DNA of 64,000 nt. Source: Deltaproteobacteria bacterium. GTDB lineage: Bacteria > Desulfobacterota > GWC2-55-46. Below the pieces are notes generated by a model, which saw nothing but the letters and a program-made list of their open reading frames with translations, was not told the DNA's origin and did no database searches. The stretch spans positions 128,326 to 192,325 of the forward strand of contig JACOUO010000011.1 in NCBI GenBank assembly GCA_016177845.1. Reading direction: 5' to 3'. The first letter of the stretch is position 1, and each line of letters starts with the position of its first letter. Positions 37,547 through 44,131 of this stretch are shown here, piece after piece. The position numbers were made by a program, and so were the translations under genes.

Positions 37547-38687
37547 TCTCGTAAAAAGAAGCTTTCTGAAGACTGCTTTCGCAATTGCACTTGTTTCAGC
37601 CCCGTTTGCAACTCAGGCAAATGCTGAGGACTACGCTGCCGCGCAGACTTATTTTCATAGCTTCACCAATAATATCAGCGTCACCTCAGGCGTATTCGCA
37701 CTCAATAAAGATCTATCCATGGATACATCGGCCTATCTGAAATACTCGGTCGATGTAATCAATTCATCGGGCGATGACGAGGGGGGAACCGTAGTGTCCG
37801 GGGCCTCAAGCGCGGCTACCACCGGAGTTTCAGATACCCGTAATGATATTAATCTCGGTTTTACTCATAATTTTAAGAACATCATCGGCCTTGAAGCGTA
37901 CTACGATTACAGCAAAGAGACTGACTACACTTCAAAGACGCCGACAATAACCCTTAAAAAAGACCTTTTTGACAAGAATACGACTTTGTCGCTCGGCTAT
38001 TCGAGGAATGACGATGATATAAGCGGCAAATTTTTAGGCAATACCCAGACAAGGACAACCGATAACTTCTTCCTGGGCGTCACGCAGGTCATCTCCCCGG
38101 TAACTGTTGCCCAGATAGGTTATTCAAGGAGCAACTCAAGGGGCCAGATGTCGGAAGGCATCAGGCTGGTGCCTCTTAACGGGGTAGCCGCAAGCACCTG
38201 TACTGCCGAGTCAGCCACCTGCGTTGATGAAGCGCATCCGTCATCAAGGTATAGGGACGCATATATACTTGGCATCAACCACTATTTCCTCAACAGCCCA
38301 TATGAGTTCCTTGAGGAGTCATCGGTCAAGTTCACGCTACGTTATTACACTGACAGCTGGGATGTTGAGTCATACATGGCTGAGGCAGAGTGGAACAAGT
38401 ACCTTAACGACCGCTTGCTGCTAAGGCTTGATTACAGGTATTACACGCAGACAGCAGCGTATTTTGTAAAAGATATATACACTGCGTCCGATGAGTTCAA
38501 GTCATCTTCTCCTCAGCTTGTAAGCAAGGATACGCAGCTTGCAGGCGTAAAGCTTACTTATGAATTCGAGGAGGATGAATCCTCAGGCATCAGGCTCGGG
38601 TCAATTGAAGGCAAGTATGAAGCGTGGGCAGAATCAACAGATGTATATGCCCATATCATCATGGCCGCAGTAAGGTTCAACTTCTAA
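37527..38687 (+). CDS. DUF3570-family protein (predicted outer-membrane beta-barrel)
   Basis: 386 aa with a signal peptide, alternating beta-strand pattern and a C-terminal ...VRFNF. It is always paired with DUF4266 and overlaps it by 20 nt. Confidence 0.65.
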   Translation: MAVAAINLVKRSFLKTAFAIALVSAPFATQANAEDYAAAQTYFHSFTNNISVTSGVFALNKDLSMDTSAYLKYSVDVINSSGDDEGGTVVSGASSAATTGVSDTRNDINLGFTHNFKNIIGLEAYYDYSKETDYTSKTPTITLKKDLFDKNTTLSLGYSRNDDDISGKFLGNTQTRTTDNFFLGVTQVISPVTVAQIGYSRSNSRGQMSEGIRLVPLNGVAASTCTAESATCVDEAHPSSRYRDAYILGINHYFLNSPYEFLEESSVKFTLRYYTDSWDVESYMAEAEWNKYLNDRLLLRLDYRYYTQTAAYFVKDIYTASDEFKSSSPQLVSKDTQLAGVKLTYEFEEDESSGIRLGSIEGKYEAWAESTDVYAHIIMAAVRFNF

Positions 38688-38710
38688 AACTTTTCTATAT
38701 TTTTAAAAAG

Positions 38711-38745
38711 GGCTGCGGATAACTCCGCAGCCCTTTTTGATTATG
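38711..38745 (+). terminator. Rho-independent terminator after the DUF3570 gene
   Basis: GGGCTGCGGA-TAAC-TCCGCAGCCC followed by TTTTT. Confidence 0.8.
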
Positions 38746-39010
38746 TGGTCTGATTTTGTCTTTACAAAACCCCGAGGGCGTTAATGGTGCGGCAGCCACT
38801 AAGGGAGGAAGGGTGAGCGAGCCGGGGCTGCAGGAGCGTAGCGACTTAAGCTTTGAGGTGAACGGATTGGGGAGGAGCGGGGTTGCGCATCCATTCGCCC
38901 GAAAGAGTCCGGCATGGCGTTAAAGTTAAAACAGCACTGAACACTGATATTTTCTTTCCTTTATCCTGCTCTTTAAAGCTTTGTAGGGTGGGCTGTGCCC
39001 CTAATCAAGC

Positions 39011-39516
39011 TGTCATTCCCGAATGTCTCTGTCGGGAATTTACTTTTAAAAATACTGGATTCCCGCTTTCGCGGGAATGACAATTACTAAACTGTTATTG
39101 CGAACGAAGTGATGCAATCTGATCTGCCTCCAACTGAAAAATAGATTGCTTCGGGCTTAGCCCTCGCAATGACATTTACCCCTTCACCCAGCCCTCTCCC
39201 ACAAGGGGAGAGGGATAAACCGTTATTCCCGAATGTCTCTGTCGGGAATTTACTTTTAAAAATACTGGATTCCCGCTTTCGCGGGAATGACAATTACTAA
39301 ACTGTCATTGCGAACGAAGTGAAGCAATCTGATCTGCCTCCAACTGAAAAATAGATTGCTTCGGGCTTGGCCCTCGCAATGACATTTATCCCCTCAGCCA
39401 GCCCTCTCATTGCTATGCCGTTGTACCATTCAACCCTTGGCCCTCGCAATGAGATTTACCCCTTTACCCAGCCCTCTCCCACAAGAGGAGAGGGAGAAAA
39501 CCGCTGTCATTTACCT
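39011..39516. repeat. Tandem duplication (2.4 copies of a ~210-bp unit) composed of three nested palindromic sub-elements
   Basis: Unit 1 is 39011-39221, unit 2 is 39222-39431, and a partial third copy follows. Sub-elements are:
- GTCATTCCCGA-N-TCGGGAAT...ATTCCCGCTTTCGCGGGAATGAC;
- GTCATTGCGAACGAAGTGATGCAATCT...AGATTGCTTCGGGCTTAGCCCTCGCAATGAC;
- CCCTCTCCCACAAGGGGAGAGGG.
The copies are ~95% identical. Confidence 0.8.
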
Positions 39517-39562
39517 ATTCTCCGTATTTTTTTACAAGACCCCCTTTGATTCATTATCACCT

Positions 39563-39594
39563 CTAATTTTCCCTTAATCTTGAATTCGTATAAT
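39563..39594 (+). promoter_or_regulatory. Promoter with a direct-repeat operator variant (CTAATTTTC-CCT-TAATCTTG) 6 nt upstream of a TATAAT -10 element
   Basis: Third copy of the TAATCTTC direct-repeat architecture. It drives a 28-aa peptide ORF. Confidence 0.5.
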
Positions 39595-39642
39595 GGAGTC
39601 ATGTAACGGAACAAAATCCGGTCTTTAAAAGGAGGCTCTGTA

Positions 39643-39729
39643 ATGGAAAACAGGATGAATGAAATCTTTGACATAATTGCCAATCTTGCCGTTGTGATAG
39701 TAATCGTATCAGCGGTCATCATATCCTAA
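39643..39729 (+). CDS. Small hydrophobic peptide (28 aa) in its own promoter-SD-ORF-terminator unit
   Basis: MENRMNEIFDIIANLAVVIVIVSAVIIS, with an SD AAGGAGG 7 nt upstream. A strong terminator follows at 39768-39802. It is paralogous to the peptide at 33268. Confidence 0.4.
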   Translation: MENRMNEIFDIIANLAVVIVIVSAVIIS

Positions 39730-39767
39730 ATCATCCGCATTAAAATCCCGCTCCCCAACCCACCTTC

Positions 39768-39802
39768 AAGGGAGGCCTTTTGGGCCTCCCTTGTCTTTTT
39801 TT
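39768..39802 (+). terminator. Rho-independent terminator
   Basis: AAGGGAGGCC-TTTT-GGGCCTCCCTT followed by GTCTTTTTTT. Confidence 0.8.
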
Positions 39803-39853
39803 GAGATAAACTAAAAAATTGATATGGATACCCGATTTTGTTATTCTTTAAAA

Positions 39854-40843
39854 ATGCGTAAAACATTCCTTTTGTTCCTGACCCTTTTCATATTCATCTC
39901 TTCAAATCCTGCATATGCGGGCAGCTTTAAAAAGAGTACCGTTGTAATGGGTACAGACCTTGAGATGAATCTCGTTGCCGAAGATGAGACGGCTGTCAAC
40001 GCTGCCTTCGATAAGGTTGTCGCAGAGATGAACCGTATCGAAAATGTGATGAGCGAATGGAGGGAAGGCACCAAGGTCTCTGAGATAAACAGGAATGCCG
40101 GGATAAAGCCGGTAGAGGTCACGGAAGAACTTTTTAATCTGATATCAGCTTCCATTCAGGTCTCTGAACTTACGGAAGGGGCTTTTGATATTTCATGGGC
40201 ATCCATGAGGGGGGTGTGGAGCTTTGCAAAGGGGAGCGAGAGGCTTCCCACAGCAGAAGAGATAAAAGAAAGGCTGCCGCTCGTCAATTATAAAAACATA
40301 GAGCTTGATAATGAGAAAAAGACCGTTTACCTCAAGACCAAAGGCATGGCAATCGGCCTTGGAGCAATAGCAAAGGGGTACGCTGTAGACAAGGCTGCCC
40401 AGATACTTTTCAATTCAGGCGTAAGGAACTTTGTGATAAAGGCAGGCGGAGACATGCGCGTCCAAGGCGCTCAGGAGAATGGCAAGCCCTGGCCAATAGG
40501 TATCCGCCATCCGAGGGACAGGGAAAAGTTTATAGCAAAGCTTCATCTTACAAACATCTCGATATCCACCTCAGGCGATTATGAAAGGTTTTTCATCAGG
40601 GACGGCGTCCTTTACCATCATATAATGGACCCCAAAACAGGCTATCCCGCGCGCGGCAGCCAGAGCGTGACCATTATTGCCCATGACACAATGACCTCTG
40701 ACGCCTTCTCAACCGCAATCTTTGTGCTCGGGCCTGAAAAAGGCCTTAAACTTATCAGTAAACTTAAGGGCATTGAAGCTGTTATTGTGGATGACACCGG
40801 TAAGATCAGCGGCTCATCAGGCGTGGATATAAGAACCAAATAA
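39854..40843 (+). CDS. apbE: ApbE-family FAD:protein FMN transferase (periplasmic lipoprotein/secreted)
   Basis: ApbE hallmarks: ...VMGTDLEMNLVAED..., ...GLGAIAKGYAVDKAA..., ...ISTSGDYERFF.... Start chosen at MRKTFLLFLTLFIFISSNPAYAG, a signal peptide. The six-frame ORF begins 30 nt earlier at 39824. Confidence 0.8.
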   Translation: MRKTFLLFLTLFIFISSNPAYAGSFKKSTVVMGTDLEMNLVAEDETAVNAAFDKVVAEMNRIENVMSEWREGTKVSEINRNAGIKPVEVTEELFNLISASIQVSELTEGAFDISWASMRGVWSFAKGSERLPTAEEIKERLPLVNYKNIELDNEKKTVYLKTKGMAIGLGAIAKGYAVDKAAQILFNSGVRNFVIKAGGDMRVQGAQENGKPWPIGIRHPRDREKFIAKLHLTNISISTSGDYERFFIRDGVLYHHIMDPKTGYPARGSQSVTIIAHDTMTSDAFSTAIFVLGPEKGLKLISKLKGIEAVIVDDTGKISGSSGVDIRTK

Positions 40844-40942
40844 TCTTTAGCTGTCCTAATTATTCCTATCGTACCCTCTTGACAAATCCTTTGTTCGTCT
40901 GTATTATAGTAAGCACTTACTTACCTTTTAGGCTGAGAATCT

Positions 40943-41590
40943 ATGTATAAAGAATCCCGTAAAATGCCAAAATCCGCAGAAGACTCCAAAAAGAGGATGT
41001 CGGGTGAGCAGCGCAAGGCGCAGATAGTAACTGTTGCCATGCAGCTTTTTGCCGAAGAGGGATTTAAAGGCACTACGACCCGCGAAATAGCCCGCAGGGC
41101 GGGCATCAGCGAGGCTGTCATATTCAAGCATTTCTCCAAAAAAGAAGACCTGTATAATGCAATAATAGACCAGTGCTGTAATGACGGCGGCGGGGAATCG
41201 AGACTACTTAAACTCCTTAAGCAGAAACAAGGGAGGGAAGTGTTCAGCGAAGTAGCAATGTTTCTCATAACAGAGCATCAGAACGATTCCACCTTTTTAA
41301 AGCTACTTACCTATAGCGCGCTGGAGAAACACACACTTTCGGATATATTTATAAAGACCAAGGCAATGGAGCTGATCGAGTTCCTTGTATCCCATATAAA
41401 ATCCCTTATGGATGAAGGCGTATTCAGAAAGGCTGACCATGAGCTTGCGGCCCGCGCCTTCCTCGGCATGGTGCTTCATTTCAATATTGCCCAGGAGCTA
41501 TACGGCCTTAAAAAGACCTTCAAGAGGCAGAACAGTGATGTTGTCGATACATTCGTTGATATTTTCTTTGATGGAATGAAGAGGAGGTAA
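40943..41590 (+). CDS. TetR/AcrR-family transcriptional regulator
   Basis: 215 aa with an N-terminal HTH ...LFAEEGFKGTTTREIARRAGISEAVIFKHF. It lies upstream of the RND efflux operon. Confidence 0.85.
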   Translation: MYKESRKMPKSAEDSKKRMSGEQRKAQIVTVAMQLFAEEGFKGTTTREIARRAGISEAVIFKHFSKKEDLYNAIIDQCCNDGGGESRLLKLLKQKQGREVFSEVAMFLITEHQNDSTFLKLLTYSALEKHTLSDIFIKTKAMELIEFLVSHIKSLMDEGVFRKADHELAARAFLGMVLHFNIAQELYGLKKTFKRQNSDVVDTFVDIFFDGMKRR

Positions 41591-41591
41591 G

Positions 41592-42956
41592 ATGCGAAAA
41601 ACAGTTCCAAAGACATTGTGTTTGGCACAAGATCACCGGGGGAGCTTTGTTTATCTTCTCTTTTTATCAGCTCTTGTAATGGCTATTTTAATAAGTTCGC
41701 CTCTTTTCGCGCAGGACAGGGTAATAACCCTTGATGAGGCATATAAGACCGCGGTTGACAACCACGAAGCGGTAAAGATTGCAGGTGAGGCGGTCTCTCA
41801 GGCACAGAGCAACCTTGATAAGACTACCGCAAGGATACTTCCGAACCTGACAGTGGAAGGCACATACACAAGATATAACGAACAGAAGTCCTCTGGCAGT
41901 TTCGTCACACAGCCTGAAGACAACTCCAAGGTCGATATAAGGGTCACTCAGCCGCTTTATACGGGCGGCAGGGAGTGGGCAAACAGAAGGCAGGCCAGAG
42001 CCCTCATAGAAAAGTCAAAAGAGGGAGTTGAACTTTCTACTGAAAATGTCCTTCGCGCAACCGCTCGCGCGTATTTCGGACTTCTCAAGGCCCAAAAGGA
42101 TGTGGAGATAAAAGATGCCGCTCTCAAAAGGGCTGATGAGAGAAGAAAGGTAGCTGACGCAAGATTCAAGGTAGGCGAAGTAACAAGGTCTGCGGTCCTT
42201 AGGGCTGAGGCAGAGTTGGCAGGAGCAGAGGCAGAGCTTATCACCTCAAAAAGCAATCTTTTGGATGCCCGCAATAACCTTAAAAGAATTTTAGGCGTAA
42301 CAGAGGACTTTGCCGTAGTTGAGCCTGCCCAGCATGGCTCTGTAGAAGGCGATACAGAGACGCTCGTAAAACGCGCGCTTGATTCAAGGAATGATTATAA
42401 GCAGAGCATACTTGATCAGAGGGTAGCATCCGAAGGCATCACCTTTGCCAAAGGCAATTTCTATCCGCAGCTTAAATTAGAGGGACTTTATTCGTGGAGG
42501 GACCAGAATCCTCAGACGACTTTTTTTCAGGAGGACAGCCTCTCCGCTTCCCTCATACTTACTTATCCTATATTTGAAGGCGGGTTAAGGAGGGCTGAAG
42601 TAGCGGAGGCAAGGAGTAAATTCAGGGAAGCCGAGTTCAGGAAGCTGGGCTTAAGAAGAGATATTGAAATAGAAGTAAGGGACGCCATAAACAATGTTGA
42701 ATCCTTCAGGGCTGTCATAGATTCATTCACCAAGCAGGTCTCTTTTGCCGAGGAGGACTACAGGATGGTATTTGAGCAGTTCAAGTTCGGCATTGCAACA
42801 ACAGTAGAGGTCATTGATTCCGATACTACACTTGTGCAGGCTCAGAGGTCATTGGCAAATGCCGCTTACGACCTGCAGTTATCAATTATTGAATTAAAGT
42901 ACAGGCTTGGGATACTTGCGCAGGACGCAGGTTTTACAGAAAAAAGCCCTAAATAG
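41592..42956 (+). CDS. TolC-like outer-membrane efflux protein (OMF)
   Basis: 454 aa with a signal peptide and two OEP repeats. Confidence 0.85.
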   Translation: MRKTVPKTLCLAQDHRGSFVYLLFLSALVMAILISSPLFAQDRVITLDEAYKTAVDNHEAVKIAGEAVSQAQSNLDKTTARILPNLTVEGTYTRYNEQKSSGSFVTQPEDNSKVDIRVTQPLYTGGREWANRRQARALIEKSKEGVELSTENVLRATARAYFGLLKAQKDVEIKDAALKRADERRKVADARFKVGEVTRSAVLRAEAELAGAEAELITSKSNLLDARNNLKRILGVTEDFAVVEPAQHGSVEGDTETLVKRALDSRNDYKQSILDQRVASEGITFAKGNFYPQLKLEGLYSWRDQNPQTTFFQEDSLSASLILTYPIFEGGLRRAEVAEARSKFREAEFRKLGLRRDIEIEVRDAINNVESFRAVIDSFTKQVSFAEEDYRMVFEQFKFGIATTVEVIDSDTTLVQAQRSLANAAYDLQLSIIELKYRLGILAQDAGFTEKSPK

Positions 42957-42969
42957 CAGGAGCAAATTG

Positions 42970-44124
42970 ATGAAAATTAAAAATAAGACCATCTTTCCGA
43001 TTCTGGCCGCGCTGATAATTGCCGCAGCCGGTTGTTCAAAGAAAGAAGCCCCGAAAAAGCCTGAAGGCGCGGCAGCGGCAAAGCCCTCCACTGCGCAGAT
43101 AATGGATGTAAAGACAGTTGTCGTTGAGGCGCGCACGGTTGACAGGAGCGTAGAGGCAACAGGCACTCTTCTTCCCTGGGATGAGTCAATAGTAAGCAGT
43201 GAGGTGCACGGCACCATTGATAAGATTTCAGCCGACCTCGGGGACAGGGTAAAGGCAGGGCAGACACTTGCCATCCTTGACCAGAGGGAGATGAAGATAA
43301 ACCACGCGGACGCCGAGGCAGCCTACAAGACCAGCGTAAAGGCGTTGGAGAGGGAGAAGGCAAGGCTTTCGGATGCAGCTACAACCCTGAAGAGGTACGA
43401 AGAATTGTTCAAGCAGGGCATGGTTGCGGCAAGCCAGTACGACAATGCCCGCACCTCTTATGATGTAGCGCAGGCGCAGGTGAATGAGGCTGAGGCAAAG
43501 GTCGAGCAATCTCTCGCAAAGCTGAACTTCGCTGAAAAGCGCCTTGCCGATATCACAATCAAATCCCCTCTTACAGGCGAGATCAAGAAGAGGAATGTAT
43601 CCACAGGTGAGAGTGTAGAGATAGGTAAGCCCCTGTTTACAGTTGTGTCCACAGGCACGCTTAAGTTTCGCGGAACCATTGCCGAGGCCTCTGTCCCGGA
43701 TGTAAAGGCAGGCCAGCAGGTGCTTATAAATGTAGAGGCTTTCAAGGACAAGGTGTTCAAGGGTCAGGTCACAAGGATAAGCCCTGCCGTAGATATGCAG
43801 ACAAGGACCCTTGAGATAGAGGCCTCAGTGCCTAATCCGCAGGGTGTGCTGAAACCGGGTTTTTTCGCCAGAGGTATGATACTCACCAGGAAAGAGGCAA
43901 ATGTGCCTTTTGTGCCTGAGAGCGCTGTTTATACATTCGTAGGCATCACAAAGGTATTTGTAATAAACAATAATACTGCCGCTGAAAGGCTCGTTAAAAC
44001 CGGCGTAAGGCAAAACGACATGGTCGAGATAATCGATAAGATAAAACCCGGCGACACGGTAGCTACAACTAACCTTTCAAATATTTTTGACGGCGCGAAA
44101 GTCAATATCCTAACCAATAAATAG
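42970..44124 (+). CDS. RND efflux periplasmic adaptor (MFP/HlyD family) lipoprotein
   Basis: Lipobox AAAGC, with biotinyl-lipoyl-like, coiled-coil and beta-barrel domains. Start at MKIKNKTIFPILAAL. The six-frame ORF starts at 42907. Confidence 0.85.
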   Translation: MKIKNKTIFPILAALIIAAAGCSKKEAPKKPEGAAAAKPSTAQIMDVKTVVVEARTVDRSVEATGTLLPWDESIVSSEVHGTIDKISADLGDRVKAGQTLAILDQREMKINHADAEAAYKTSVKALEREKARLSDAATTLKRYEELFKQGMVAASQYDNARTSYDVAQAQVNEAEAKVEQSLAKLNFAEKRLADITIKSPLTGEIKKRNVSTGESVEIGKPLFTVVSTGTLKFRGTIAEASVPDVKAGQQVLINVEAFKDKVFKGQVTRISPAVDMQTRTLEIEASVPNPQGVLKPGFFARGMILTRKEANVPFVPESAVYTFVGITKVFVINNNTAAERLVKTGVRQNDMVEIIDKIKPGDTVATTNLSNIFDGAKVNILTNK

Positions 44125-44131
44125 GGCTGAT

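Noticed and set aside
38760-38990. SRP RNA / RNase P RNA / tmRNA in the G-rich intergenic region
   Set aside because: Short matches such as GAAAGAGTCCGG versus the RNase P GGAAAGTCCGG are incomplete. The length and the remaining conserved boxes do not fit any of these RNAs.
39028-39096. Neisserial dRS3 / Correia-type elements implying neisserial origin
   Set aside because: ATTCCC-N8-GGGAAT is present, but the gene content (PEP-CTERM locus, DHC/DUF1924 cytochromes, DUF3570) and the repeat context are not neisserial. Treated as convergent palindromes.
39011-39516. Possible CRISPR array
   Set aside because: The period is ~210 bp, not 28–37-bp repeats with unique spacers. Units are near-identical throughout, with no unique spacers. 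No cas genes are in the window.
39087-39549. Small ORFs (68 aa minus strand, 60 aa plus strand) inside the repeat array
   Set aside because: They fall inside tandem palindromic repeats, lack SD sequences, and their frames follow the repeat periodicity. Repeat DNA is the more parsimonious explanation.
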